From contig NC_064039.1 in the NCBI RefSeq assembly GCF_932526225.1, positions 6,321,459-6,385,458 of the forward strand: a DNA stretch of 64,000 bases, given 5' to 3'. This DNA comes from Nematostella vectensis. Its lineage: Eukaryota. Every line of letters starts with the position of its first letter. The first letter of the stretch is position 1. Shown here one piece after another: positions 13,862 to 26,204 of this stretch. The notes beneath the pieces are model-generated. The model was not told the DNA's origin and made no database searches. It saw only the letters and a program-made list of their open reading frames with translations. A program made the translations under genes and the position numbers.

Positions 13862-14945
13862 AATGTGGTCCCCATAACTACGGTTGTACAAGATTATCCG
13901 TGTGTGTGGTACTCTCCATAGCTTGGATAACGTGTCTGGTGCGTTTCTCGTAACTACGACTGTGCAAGATTATCCTTGTGCGTGGTAATCTCCCTAGCTG
14001 AGATAATGCATTTGGTGCGGTCCTCATAACTACGGTTGTGCAAGGTTATCCGTGTGTGTGGTACTCTCCATAGCTTGGATAACGTGTCTGGTGCGTTCCT
14101 CGTAACTACGACTGTGCAAGATCATCCTTGTGCGTGGTAATCTCCGTAGCTGAGATAATGCATTTGGTGCAGTCCTCATAACTACGGTTGTAAAAGTGTA
14201 TCTGTGTGTGTGGTACTCTCCGTAGCTTAGATAACGTGTCTGTTGCGGTCCTCGTAACTACGGTTGTACAAGATTATCCGTGTGTGTGTGTGGTACTCTC
14301 AGAAGCTTAGATAACGTGTCTGTTGCGGTCCTCATAACTACGGTTGTGCAAGATTATCCGTGTGTGGTACTCTCCATATCTTAGATAATGTGTCTGGTGC
14401 GGTCCTCATAACTACAGTTGTACAAGATTATCCGTGTGTGGTACTCTCGATAGCTTAGATTACGTGTCTGCGGTCCTCATAAATACGGTTGTACAAGATT
14501 ATCCGTGTGTGTGGTACTCTCCGTAGCTTAGATAACGTGTCTGGTGCGGTCCTCGTAACTACGGTTGTACAAGATTATCCGTGTGTGTGGTACTCTCCGT
14601 AGCTTAGATAACGTGTCTGCGGTCCTCATAAATACGGTTGTACAAGATTATCCGTGTGTGTGGTACTCTCCGTAGCTTAGATAACGTGTCTGGTGTGGTC
14701 CTCGTAACTACGGTTGTACAAGATTATCCGTGTGTGTGGTACTCTCCGTAGCTTAGATAACGTGTCTGTTGCGGTCCTCATAACTACGGTTGTACAAGAT
14801 TATCCGTGTGTGTGGTACTCTCCGTAGCTTAGATAACGTGTCTGGTGTGGTCCTCATAACTACGGTTGTACAAGATTATCCGTGTGTGTGGTACTCTCCG
14901 TAGCTTAGATAACGTGTCAGTTGCGGTCCTCATTACTACAGTTGT
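13862..14945. repeat. Satellite 2 array b (about 14 monomers)
   Basis: Same 74-78 bp monomer as array a. Confidence 0.9.
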
Positions 14946-15770
14946 ACAAAATTGTCCGTGTGTGGTAAACTCAGAAAATCAACTAGTAAGCCCGCCCCGA
15001 TAAGCTCTCCAATTCCTGTTATCTTCGGACCGAAAAGAAAATCCTGCTAACTGACAGGAGCACAAGAGCTCCCGTAAATGTACCGGGAATCGCATCTTTT
15101 ATGCGAAAAATGGTACCAAAAAATCGATGTTTTTTCCTATTATTTATAGCTGAATTCATAGATCAATTACTCATCTTTAGTTTGCTAAGTTTAGATAATC
15201 AATTTGTTCCTTTTTTTGCTATCAAATCTCGCCATTTTCAAGTCGTGTCGAGTTGTAGTAAATTTTCATCAGAGAGGAATAGAAACCCTTCCAATGCTTT
15301 TACAGAACAAGGTAAGAAGAGGACCAATCACGGCTAACATCATTTTATGCGATAACTTATCGGCCAATCAGGTTTCACCTCGATTTGACATGTAGCTGTC
15401 ACCGTGCGCCTAAAAGATTGTAAACAACTTTGCGAAGTTATTGGAAGTTTTGCTACAACATGAGGCTTTATTACTTGTTTTTTAGTCTTTTTTTTAAAAA
15501 AGTGCCTACGCTTAACGCGATTTTTGGTGTCTCAGCTGTCTAAAAACATCGAGAAATCTAGGATTTCTTATTAAAACTCATTCATTATTCAGCCAATCTA
15601 TTCATAAACTTTGAAAATTATAAATAATTACCTTATCGGGAGCCGGTAAACAACCAGCGTTAAGAAACGCATTTCCGCACCCGAAAAAGTATCCCGAAAA
15701 CTCCCCCGGTAACCTAACGGGTCCGGTAATTACCGGTCCTTTTCAGAAACGACCCCCCTTATGTGGTCCC
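14946..15770. repeat. Spacer copy 2 (duplicate of 13127-13861) with a roughly 60 bp insertion at 15647-15705
   Basis: Collinear with spacer copy 1 across the whole length. The extra segment is cgggagccggtaaacaaccagcgttaagaaacgcatttccgcacccgaaaaagtatcc. Confidence 0.85.
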
Positions 15771-16200
15771 CATAACTACGGTTGTACAAGATTATCCGTG
15801 TGCGTGGTACTCTCCGTAGCTTAAATAACGTGTATGGTGCGGTCCTCATAACTACGGTTGTACAAGATTATCCGTGTGTGGTACTCTCCGTAGCTTAGAT
15901 AATGCATTTGGTGCGGTCCCCATAACTACGGTTGTACAAGATTATCTGTGTGTGTGGTACTCTCCGTAGCTTAGAAAACGTGTGGTGCGGTCCTCATAAC
16001 TACGGTTGTACAAGATTATCCGTGTGTGTGGTACTCTCCGTAGCTTAGATAACGTGTCTGGTGCGGTCCTCGTAACTACGGTTGTACAAGATTATCCGTG
16101 TGTGTGGTACTCTCCGTAGCTTAGATAACGTGTGTGGTGCGGTCCTCGTAACTACGGTTATACAAGATTATGTGTGTGTGTGTGTGTGTGTGTGATGGGG
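15771..16200. repeat. Satellite 2 array c (about 5 monomers), ending in (TG)n plus a G-rich tract
   Basis: Monomers identical to arrays a and b. The array ends in tgtgtgtg...gatgggggaaggggtgaggggggttg. Confidence 0.9.
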
Positions 16201-16620
16201 GAAGGGGTGAGGGGGGTTGAAATGCCATTGTCCAGTGCTTAGTGATTTAATCATTTGACACTTGAAAACTTTTATTATATAACTTATATCAACTGGAACG
16301 TTTACAGCAAATATCAATTAGCCATAAAAATACGTTTATAAACATATTTGGCTAAAAGTTATTTTGAATTTTGAACAATGGAAGTTGATATTGTTGCGCA
16401 ACGGTGAAACTTGTAGAAAGCTATGTTGGGCATTCACTTTAATCTAAACGAATGTGAATAAAACGTGAAGAGTACATATCAAAGTCAAAATAGATCTTCA
16501 GTCAAAACGTAAGGGTTTTGACATAATGTTCTCAGAATCGTGTTACAGGGCTCAAAGCCCTGGTGCAGTTGACAATTGATAGGGAACTTTGAATAGCATC
16601 ATTGAAACAGACGTAAGCGG

Positions 16621-16750
16621 CTGTTTCTTTCTCGCTTTTTATCATAATACTGCAAACTACTTTTTCTTGACAAAGAGATTTGAGGGTTGTCATATGACAA
16701 TGTCCACATGTAAACATATCTTCTTCTGTGTCATCAAGCTTGGTGCAAAT
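16621..16750. repeat. Direct repeat A1 (130 bp). It is a duplicate of the 3' end of the RPA-like ORF and equals A2 at 17317-17447.
   Basis: tctttctcgctttttatcataatactgcaaactactttttcttgacaaagagatttgagggttgtcatatgacaatgtccacatgtaaacatatcttcttctgtgtcatcaagcttggtgcaaatctg appears twice, flanking segment B1. Confidence 0.9.
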
Positions 16751-16751
16751 C

Positions 16752-17318
16752 TGTACGAAAGCTACACCCCGAAAATAAATGATTTTTTTCATCTTAACCT
16801 TTTCTGGCCTTGGGCTAAACACATAGATATGTATTGATTACACTCTTTTTTTATAAGAACCTTTTTTTATAAGAATGTCCAGCCTGAGATTTCACCAAAT
16901 TTTAAGAACATGCAGACGCTCAGATAGAAGTAAAATATTGTTTTGATGTTCTAAAATACGGAATCAAATTGTTTATAACAACAACCAACAACCATAAACA
17001 TCATTGTTATTTTATTATGTGTGTAATTTTCTTATATTCATGAAGTATAATATTTTTATACACTGAAATTTAAGATCATCCATAAGAACTTTTTCAGCCT
17101 CAAAATGCTCCAAAAATAAGAACGGCCCAGCCTCAACTAAAAATTAGATGTTCTTATAAAAAGAGAGGAGTGTATAATAGCTGGCTTTGTGAAAGATATG
17201 TCTTACATCTTTAAGTATACCATTGAAGATAGCCAGGCTAATTTTGTTTTGTCATATCCTTAGCTCTCAAAGATACTGGTATTCTTGAGCTGTTTGACGT
17301 GATATTGGGTAATGAAGA
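16752..17318 (+). pseudogene. Captured or duplicated fragment of HAD copy 1. It covers the last roughly 480 bp of intron 1, the splice acceptor and the first 85 bp of exon 2. It is a copy of 21724-22318.
   Basis: About 98% identical to 21724-22318. It ends in ccttag|ctctcaaagatactggtattcttgagctgtttgacgtgatattgggtaatgaagactac (encoding ALKDTGILELFDVILGNEDY), then breaks abruptly into repeat A2. Confidence 0.85.
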
Positions 17319-18060
17319 CTACTCTTTCTCGCTTTTTATCATAATACTGCAAACTACTTTTTCTTGACAAAGAGATTTGAGGGTTGTCATATGACAATGT
17401 CCACATGTAAACATATCTTCTTCTGTGTCATCAAGCTTGGTGCAAATCTGGTTGCAGATTAAGCAGGACCTGTTTCGTTTTATCTGTCCGATAACTTGTC
17501 CCTTTAAGAGGTTACTTTGGATTTCCGGTGTATCCAAGTTCACGTTGATATTTTCGTCTATTTCCTTGATTGATGTGTTCGGGTTTTGTGTTCACATATT
17601 TCTCATCTTGATAAACTCTAACGGTGAGGTTTTGGAAATGGTATGATTTACGAGCAACTACCTCCTCGATCTTGTTTTCCCATAAAACTAATTTTATGGA
17701 GTCACTCTGATCTGCTAAGATACTGTCGATTTTGTAAGTTTCATTGTTGCCCTTTATTATCCTTTGCTTGGTTTCGTCTTTCTTCATGATTTTGCCTTTG
17801 AGATCGACCTTGGTGTACTCGTTGCTACCAAGCGCCTGTTCTATTGTAAGCAAGTGATCATCGAGTGAATTATTGAACTCAAAGTGGACCTCCTTATATT
17901 GTACGATTTGGGCATTTTTGTCGATCGTATATTCTTTGTCATTCTTTTTCAAAGCTTCTAACTTAACAGGACTTTTAGCTTGGAAGTGTGGCTGGAGAGT
18001 CTTTCTTTTCTTGGGAGAATAACATACCATCTGGACAGTATCCGTTGATGAAGTTTGCAA
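17319..18060 (-). mobile_element. RPA70-like OB-fold plus C-x2-C...C-x-H-C zinc-ribbon ORF in two overlapping frames (182 aa and 74 aa). Probably encoded by a Helitron-like element.
   Basis: Minus-strand ORFs 17512-18060 and 17319-17543 overlap in different frames, indicating a frameshift or short intron. The C-terminal part (CLICNQICTKLDDTEEDMFTCGHCH) is a zinc ribbon like RPA70 DBD-C. The upstream part is OB-fold-like. The adjacent HAD fragment looks captured. No host-gene context is visible. Confidence 0.4.
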
Positions 18061-20099
18061 ATTGAGTTTAAAATAGCTGGTTCTTTTCCTGTTATTTGCT
18101 GTTTTTACTTCTGTTAACTCATGAATGTAACCTTCAAGAGCTGCAACAATAAAATTAAGAATAAAGTGTAAATAACAAATATACTTATGTGTATAAAAAA
18201 TATTTCCTTGTAAGTAAAAATATTTGAATACCTATTTTATCTATATTTGACTGACTGTTTACGGCGATAATCACTAAGAGTTATTTTGGGATATATAGAG
18301 AGAATAAGTTAGGGGTGCACGGAGAGATTGTGTTTTGATTTAGTTTGCAATTCTATTTTAGTGAAATACAAAAGACTTTGCTCTCGACCAATAGAAATGC
18401 TTACTAAACCAAGTGGAACTTGTTTTCGACACTCGTCCACTCTAAATCATTTGTTAACATCATGTTGGTAATATGTATTGTTGGTTACTTGTAGGCGTGT
18501 CCTCGTTTTTTTCTGTTGTTTTTCTGATATTCCTAAATGTGTTCTTACGCTAAGGTAATAATTGCAGTTAGTGATATTCCAGTTCATCTTACCTTGACGT
18601 AGTTGGTGATTCCATGTTGGTTTCAACTATAAACTGGAATAAAGTAAAATAACAATAATATATAAAAACGTCACAGCTGTGCATTCATACATTTAGTGTT
18701 ACTGAGTACTGTTGGAAAACGGATAATTGCTGTATAAAGATTGTGTAAAACAGGTTCTGTTATGTTAGAATCCGGGATACTATACATTATCTATATACTA
18801 AATTGTAAGCAATGCATAAACTGCTTTAAGATCAGAGAAATAAGTCTCTAATGGATTGGCTTTTACTCCTTCTGGGATATTTGTGTAAATGTGATCTATG
18901 CATGTTTTATTATCTGTAGTGTAGCATGACATTATTGCTGGTCAGTAGCGGCACTAATCAATCGGCGTCCACGTGCGATAGATTCGTGACTTTAGCTAGC
19001 GCTTTGAAACGAATACAGCCCGAAGTACATCCGAAGTCTAATTTTCCCAGCATGCCTCAAGGGCGTAATATCACTTTTTAGTTTTTTTTTTGGACGTGAT
19101 GACATAGTAGCTACCGCACTTAGTGTAACATTCACTCTAGGGTAACATGCGTGAGGTAAGAGCCTGCGGCTAAAACGAAGTAAATTGTATATAACTAAAG
19201 CTGCTCAATTGAAATATATATAACATCATTAAATACAGCATCAAATAGTACAGGGAAAGCTGTATTTCTAAAAATGATGAGAAATTAAAAAACAAACAAC
19301 AAGCAAATCATCAACAATGTGACGCAAGTCGAATCTGCGGAATTTTAGGAACGAATTCCTTCGTAATAAAATCTTTCTTTGAAATGATCAACGGATACAA
19401 ATGGGCTTTTTGCTTTCGCTTTCTTTTTCATTTCATGACATTTGTTTTCTATTTTCATCATATTTGCTTCGTCAGTTTCCCTATTTGGAAATCACTGCTA
19501 CGATTACCATAAAATATGTTTTAAAAATCCTACGCGACTTTTTCGTGTCGTAGTCAAAATCGTAGTGGAGTCGTTGACTTGATTTACACTCTACGACACG
19601 CGTTGTGGAAGTGAAGCAGGCCTACTCTACTCGATCTCATCCCCCCTCCCCCTTCCTCTCACTCCATCTTTTGCTCTCTCATCTTCTACGAAATCTAACG
19701 ACACTGGTCTCTTGGGCTACCTGTGGCTGGCTTAGCAAAATTTATGTCACGATGACTCAGCCTCATCAATGGGTTCATCTAATTAAACCCAAATAAATTC
19801 TGAGCGATTTATTGTTAGCAATTCGTTAAGACTCAGCGAACAGGAGCAGAAGTCGTTTCAAAGCGTAAATTGTAATTGGAATTTTATTGTTTAGAAGGAC
19901 AATAATAAATAGACTCTATCAAACAATCACATTTTGTCGAGCAGTGAAATAGTTTATCATCAAGCAGGTTATTTTGCCGTAACTCTAGAAATAACTCTAA
20001 TTGGAGTTTGATTTTCTGTTTTTGCGTTTTTCTTCGAAAAAGGACGTCAAATATAAATATAAAGCTGTGTATCCAAGGTGTCAGGCTGAAGAAATTAGT

Positions 20100-20140
20100 G
20101 CTCTGTGATTGGTCTATATTCAACGAGTGACGTAACTACC
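20100..20140 (+). promoter_or_regulatory. Putative promoter elements of HAD copy 1: inverted CCAAT box (gattgg) plus CRE-like half-site (gtgacgtaac). They lie about 300 bp upstream of the ATG.
   Basis: ctgtgattggtctatattcaacgagtgacgtaactaccc. The same CCAAT-plus-CRE pair recurs upstream of copy 2. Confidence 0.35.
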
Positions 20141-20433
20141 CAAAACAAATTTACATGCGAACCGTGATAATTCTAAACCCTTCGAGGTTGACCGATCGCA
20201 TAGGGGTTTTTGGCTAGGAAAGGAGATCGCTTTTCTTGCAGCCGTCCTTTTCATGGAAGCAATATCAGCGCTCAAGAAAAGGAATCTTGGCCTTCCAAAA
20301 ATGAAATGTCGGAGAGTTGTGAAAGCTTTCTTTTGGTAAAAGTCATCCTTCCAACAACGATCACACGAAACCTACATCACGCTTCTACAAGTTTTCTTTT
20401 AGCCCAACAACTCCACTTTTCTCGGCGTGCAAG

Positions 20434-20812
20434 ATGGCCCCAGAAAGATTGACTATTTCTGAGGGTGTGAAAGGTTTAGTATTTGATTGTGATGGCACTT
20501 TATTGGACACCATGCCTCTGCACTGGCGAGCCTGGTGCAAGATTTGCGACGAGACAGGACTGAGGTTCAACAAAGAAGACTTCTATGTTCTAGCTGGAGT
20601 ACCTGGAAAAAAGATAATTGACGTCCTAGCCAGACAACAGGGAGTCGTACTAGATCCTCTTGAAGTGTACGAGAGCAAAAGGAAATATTTTCTATCAGAA
20701 CTGGCGTCCGTGAGTCCGATTCAGTGCGTTTTGAAATACGTCCACGAAGCGAGAAAGCGTGGCATTCCTGTCGCAGTTGCCTCTGGAAGTTCGAAGAAGC
20801 AGGTTGAAAAAG
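20434..20812 (+). CDS. HAD-superfamily hydrolase (subfamily IA-like), copy 1, exon 1
   Basis: Protein: MAPERLTISEGVKGLVFDCDGTLLDTMPLHWRAWCKICDETGL...GIPVAVASGSS. HAD motif I is DxDGT. Motif II is the S/T in VAVASGSS. The donor is GAAAAAG|gtaaat, phase 1. Confidence 0.85.
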
Positions 20813-21723
20813 GTAAATCGTCATAAAAAGATTAAAATTAATAGCTAGTCAAGCTAACTTATGTCTTTGGATATAGCATAAGCGAATTGGCGCAAAATAA
20901 TGTCTTTTGTTGTGTTCTTCCATGAGGACTTGTCGACAATCAACGAATGAATGACGCGCGAAAGTTCGAGCGGTCGAAGTCATATTTTTGCTGTGTGAGA
21001 AACACTTTCGTGAGAAATACCATAGAGCTAGTTCTAAGCGGCAAGCGTTTATTTTTGTGTTAACCGAAAAACATGATAAAAATCTCTTCACTGAAGGCGT
21101 TTTTCAAGCAAGAAAATGCGGTCCAAAGTCCATCTTCAAACAATAACACTATATTTCTGCTTCATCACCCTTATAAATCTTATAAAAAAGTAGCAAAGTG
21201 TGATTGAATCCTTTTCTAAGCCCTTGCCCTAAGAAGATATGGTCTTTTGTTTTTAGTATACGCGAATCCTGCTGAGAATAAGCGGATAAATCGAATGATG
21301 TTTTTGCCGTGCTTGCCCGCATGGATTTCTTGAGTCTGTGACGTGGGAGTTTTGGGGGGCGTTGTCGAGGGCAGGTATTGCTTGCTATTGTTAGGTCGAA
21401 TTCCAACTGAGACCCTCACGTTGCTAGATAAATTCGTTTGACGTTGCCAAAACGAGATTCCCTTTTCAAAAGAATTTGTTTGATTGTTGAATTAATGAGG
21501 AGCTAGGTTAAATCTATGAAAAATTTGAAACCAAAATCGAGAACATGACGTGACCGATGCTTTGAGTTGTATTACCCACCAAACACACACAACGCTTTTT
21601 TGATCCCGACGTAGATTCTCTGAAGGTTACAAATATAATCACCTCGAAATATTCGATTTCAACGGTCTGGTGAGCAAATAACCCCTTTTCGTATTTAGTG
21701 GTGTTTGCTTACTTTTGTTTCAA

Positions 21724-22233
21724 GTACGGAAGCTACACCCCGAAAATAAATGATTTTTTTCACCTTAACCTTTTCTGGCCTTGGGCTAAACACATAGATA
21801 TGTATTGATTACACTCTTTTTTCATAAGAACCTTTTTTATAAGAATGTCCAGCCTGAGATTTCACCAAATTTTAAGAACATGCAGAGGCTCAGATAGAAG
21901 TAAAATATTGTTTTGATGTTCTAAAATACGGAATCAAATTGTTTATAACAACAACCAACAACCATAAACATCATTGTTATTTTATTATGTGTGTATTTTT
22001 CTTATATTCATGAAGTATAATATTTTTATACACTGAAATTTAAGAACATCCATAAGAACTTTCTCAGCCTCAAAATGCTCCAAAAATAAGAACGGCCCAG
22101 CCTCAACTAAAAATTGGATGTTCTTATAAAAAGAGAGGAGTGTATAATAGCTGGCTTTGTGAAAGATATGTCTTACATCTTTAAGTATACCATTGAAGAT
22201 AGCCAGGCTAATTTTGTTTTGTCATATCCTTAG
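21724..22233. repeat. Intron-1 segment of HAD copy 1 that is duplicated at 16752-17257
   Basis: Near-identical to the B1 segment. Both start with the shared string (g)aagctacaccccgaaaataaatgattttttt. Confidence 0.85.
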
Positions 22234-22381
22234 CTCTCAAAGATACTGGTATTCTTGAGCTGTTTGACGTGATATTGGGTAATGAAGACTACAGTAATCA
22301 CAAACCACACCCTGATGCCTTCTTGACAGCCGCCAAGTATTTGGGTGTTGCAGCCAAAGACTGCTGGGGATTTGAGGACAC
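22234..22381 (+). CDS. HAD hydrolase copy 1, exon 2
   Basis: Acceptor ccttag|. Protein: (A)LKDTGILELFDVILGNEDYSNHKPHPDAFLTAAKYLGVAAKDCWGFEDT. Motif III K is in HKPHPD. Donor AC|gttagt. Length is 148 nt, identical to copy 2 exon 2. Confidence 0.85.
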
Positions 22382-23013
22382 GTTAGTAGTTCTTTATATT
22401 ATTTGTGACTTAGATCAGTATTGGTTAAGACCTCATTTCCTCCTTGTTTTTTATCGTTATTGTTTGCACTATTAAACCTACATTATTCAGCATCCTGTGG
22501 CTGCACTCTACTGCACAGAAAACATTTATGTTGATACATGATTAGATTTGTGTACTAATAGCATAGTTGCCAACCTCGCTTTAGGAAATCTTGAGAAAAT
22601 ACAGTGAATGTATCATCAGAATTACCAAGATAGCTAATGCAAGAGAATACAGTAAATGTATGGATATTTTCAAGAAAATTAGGCTTGAGAAAAGGTTCAA
22701 AATCTTGAAACTCCTGCCTAATGTGGGAGAGTTGATAGATAAACAATAGTCAAGTATTTATTTTAGTTTTTAATATATGCACTGTTAAACCTACAATACT
22801 CTATATATAGGGGGGTGGGGTACTGAGTTTACTGAGTTTGGTCCTTTATTCTTTCGTCTTCATTTTAGGAGTGAATTGTAGGATATTCTTTTTTTGCTAA
22901 AAAAATCCCAATGTGATTATCATATTATCATATTTTGCAAGTTGAAACACACTACTTTGAATTATAAGCACATAAAACCTTGTTTGATATGAGCTTGAAT
23001 CTAACTTCTCCAG

Positions 23014-23173
23014 GGACATTGGTCTGGAGTCCATCAGACGTGCTGGGTTTGGAAATGCAGTGGACGTCAGGCTTTTTGCTGAGTATCCAGACAAGAGGCC
23101 ATCTGACAATAAAGACATCACACAGCTCATTGAAACAAGCAGAAAGCTTCGCAGAGCTTTTACCATAGGATAA
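23014..23173 (+). CDS. HAD hydrolase copy 1, exon 3 (terminal)
   Basis: Acceptor ctccag|g. Protein: (T)DIGLESIRRAGFGNAVDVRLFAEYPDKRPSDNKDITQLIETSRKLRRAFTIG*. Motif IV is EDTDIGLE. TAA stop at 23171-23173. Confidence 0.8.
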
Positions 23174-24054
23174 CATCCTCCACTGGGGAAAATACCTCTG
23201 TTTCCATCACAAAATATGCTACATGTTCAGTGAAACAGTAGAACTTGCATAAAAGAAGCTAATGGGGAAGCTTTGTTTTTAATCCACTGTATATAAACCC
23301 CTTATTATGTACACAAAGTTAAATCAAGTTAACTTAAGTTACTGTATTGAGGAGGGTAGGTATTTGGTATAACCATGCAGATGAAATGTCAAAGGCTTTT
23401 GTAAGCTGTAGCTATATTTCAATTAATATAATTCATGCAAACAGGCAAAATATAAATAAGGAACATACCAGATGGTGCACATATTTTTTCTTTGATGTTG
23501 TTGATTTTGTACTGATTCCTCTTTTTTACTCGGTAAGGATCCTTCAATCTGTTTTATGATCAGGAACACGAAATGGTCATGTTATTTTTCAGAGCCCCAT
23601 TACAATAATTGAATAATATATTTATTATATGTAGGTGTTTTATTTTAAATTGATAGAATTTTAGTTTATATCTCAGTGTGTGGAAGATATATGGCATTTT
23701 ATTTTTAAAATTTGAAAAAAATGCTCCCGCTCAATTATTGAAAGCATACACTTTCAACAACACAAGAAATACACTTTCTTGACAAAGGAGCAAAGCAGCT
23801 CTAAAATAGAATAAGAAAATGTATGCCTGCAATGCATAAATATATACTATGGAAACAGAAGACAGAGCTGTTAATTGCACTCTTTCTATATTTAGTTGTT
23901 TATAAGTGTAAATAGAACAATATATTAAGCTAATGTACTGCATTGACTTTTTATATTCAGTTGTCATTCTATTTGAACAGAAATAGATTTATTCATACCT
24001 GATAAACCATGGAAAAAGCCTGTTTTATTTTTGAACATACTACTTTTTCATTAA

Positions 24055-24300
24055 AGGTTGTCAATGCGAGCGGCGAATGGCAATTGCCAAATGGCAATTC
24101 TACGACCGAAAGGTGTTTATGGTTAGCAATTATTTGTAAAAATAAATTGATAAATAAACTCAAGCAATGTCAGAACCATATATGGATAAATGGATAGACA
24201 AATGTTTTATTTGTATTTTTCTGAGTTTGGAACAAATGTTTTGGGATCCATGGGTCCTTTCGGTCGTAGAATTTTGATCAAATGGCCATTTGCACTGACA
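24055..24300. mobile_element. Foldback/MITE-like element with roughly 55 bp inverted termini
   Basis: 24055 gttgtcaatgcgagcggcgaatggcaattgccaaatggcaattctacgaccgaaagg. The reverse complement of 24243-24300 is cgttgtcagtgcaaatggccatttgatcaaaattctacgaccgaaaggaccc. The two share gttgtcaRtgc...aatggc...aattctacgaccgaaagg. Confidence 0.5.
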
Positions 24301-24699
24301 ACGTTTTTTGAAATAGGTGTATATTTCATAGCTGAATTTGATATGAGACGTTGCCAACACATGCAAAAACTATACATTAAAAAACTCTTCTTTTTATCTG
24401 CTGATTTTTTTAAAACTTGTATATATTTCATATAAAGCTCTATCTTTGTAGACATCTGTTCATCACTCCGGAATAATATAGGGGGGGGTAGGGGTACAAG
24501 TTACCAACTATTTTAGATGGTAATACAAAATGGGAAAGATGGCAAATACGAAAATAAAGAAAATAATAACATTCAGTCTGTGTTGTTTTTTGGGAGTGTC
24601 ACAGATTACCTATTTGCTATCAAACAAAAAGAACTGTGCACAATTTTTCACCAAACATCTATTTTTCTATTCACTGCCTTTATTGCCATGCCCATAAAG

Positions 24700-24745
24700 A
24701 GGGCCTCCTATTGGCTAAGTACATGTCTTTCGAGATGACGTCAAG
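24700..24745 (+). promoter_or_regulatory. Putative promoter elements of HAD copy 2: inverted CCAAT (cctattggct) plus palindromic CRE (tgacgtca). They lie about 280 bp upstream of the ATG.
   Basis: gggcctcctattggctaagtacatgtctttcgagatgacgtcaaggtg. Confidence 0.4.
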
Positions 24746-25010
24746 GTGTTTCATGACAACCAAACGGAAAAACGGGCTTACATTTAGATCACGTACGAAT
24801 ATCTTGGCTCACGTTTTTTTTATGGAAACGTTGCAGGATTTAGATTTTAGTCTTTGGGTTTGCCCTTGTATATCTGCTTCATGTTGTTGACGATTTGGGA
24901 CACGATTTGGTCGTTATGAAGGGAAAAACAAGGTGTCAGCGAAAACAAGGAATCTTGACAGCCTTATAGTTGCCTATTCAGAAAACTTAGGCCTTTGGTA
25001 AAGAAGAACA

Positions 25011-25380
25011 ATGTATAGCCTTTTTCCAGATGAGGTGAGAGGGTTGATATTCGACTGCGATGGGACAATTCTCGACACAATGCCTCTTCACTGGAAAGCG
25101 TGGTGCCAAATTTGTGCAGAGACTGGACTGTTGTTTAAAAAGAAAGACTTCTATCGCTTGGCCGGAGTACCAGGCAAATATATCATACGAGATCTAGCGA
25201 TTCAACAAGCGATAGTCTTGGACCCCTTAGAGGTTTATCACAGAAAGAAGAAATTATTCCTTAAAGGGCTTTCGACTGTGAATAGTATCCCGTGCGTTGT
25301 AAAGTATGTCTACGAGGCAAGGCAGAGAGGTATTCCAGTTGCGGTTGCTACGGGAAGTTCACGAATTCAAGTTGAGAAAG
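25011..25380 (+). CDS. HAD hydrolase copy 2, exon 1
   Basis: Protein: MYSLFPDEVRGLIFDCDGTILDTMPLHWKAWCQICAETGL...GIPVAVATGSSRIQVEK. About 65% amino-acid identity to copy 1 exon 1. Donor GAGAAAG|gtaatc, same phase as copy 1. Confidence 0.85.
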
Positions 25381-26056
25381 GTAATCCTACCTCTTACCAT
25401 CTCTGTCATACTCAAGCTTTTCGTGGTATTATCTAGTTTACAAAGTGATTTGGTGTTCAATACAATATACCTTTGCGTAATCGTTCCAATGCAAAACGAT
25501 CACACATATGCAGATATGGGGTTTATTGAGCAATCTTCCTTGACCGACGATGTACGGCGAAAATTGTTAGATTTGTGTCATTTTATACTCCCTTGTTTTC
25601 TTGAAAATATTGAGAATTGCTATAGCGAATCATGTATCTTTAATTCTCAAGAAAAACCGTTCAAGTGCTGGGAAAGCCTTTAAAGTGCCGAATTGTAATA
25701 AAGGATAACTTTGATCCCTAAATATGGTAATTTGGTGGGTAGGTTCGAAGGTGTTATTAATAATTAACGGGAACCTAGGGAATCGCGGCACAGGGGAACT
25801 GGAACCTGGGAGACAAGTTCTTTGGCTTTAGCAAGTTTGCAAAATAATGCGGGCAAATCGGAAAACAACAGCTTCTTCTGAGTATGTGAGATCTCAAAAA
25901 TATTTTGCGAGCAAACGAGATGTCCCTTTCAAGGGACTATTTGTAACTTTAACAATCATACCAGCCCAACTTGGACGGATACAGTGGAAATGGGCTAAAT
26001 GTCCTGGGATCCTTGAAGAGACCCATTCATAAGTATTATTCTTTCTGTTTTTGCAG

Positions 26057-26204
26057 CATTGACAGCAGTGGGGATAATTGATTTGTTCGATGTAATCATT
26101 GGCAATGAAGACTATATACACCCTAAACCAAGCCCAGATGCTTTCCTGATGGCTGCTGAAAGGATTGGTGTAGACCCCGAGGACTGCTGGGGCTTTGAGG
26201 ATAC
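26057..26204 (+). CDS. HAD hydrolase copy 2, exon 2
   Basis: Acceptor ttgcag|. Protein: (A)LTAVGIIDLFDVIIGNEDYIHPKPSPDAFLMAAERIGVDPEDCWGFEDT. Donor AC|gtaagt. Confidence 0.85.

Noticed and set aside
12377-15395. ORFs 12377-12610, 12971-13165, 15101-15337 and 15204-15395 in satellite 2 and its spacer
   Set aside because: They lie in repeat monomers or the duplicated non-coding spacer. They are low-complexity and have no conserved domains.
1200-16200. CRISPR-like regular repeats
   Set aside because: The repeats are directly abutting satellite monomers with no unique spacers. The context is eukaryotic (introns, LINE). This is not a CRISPR array.
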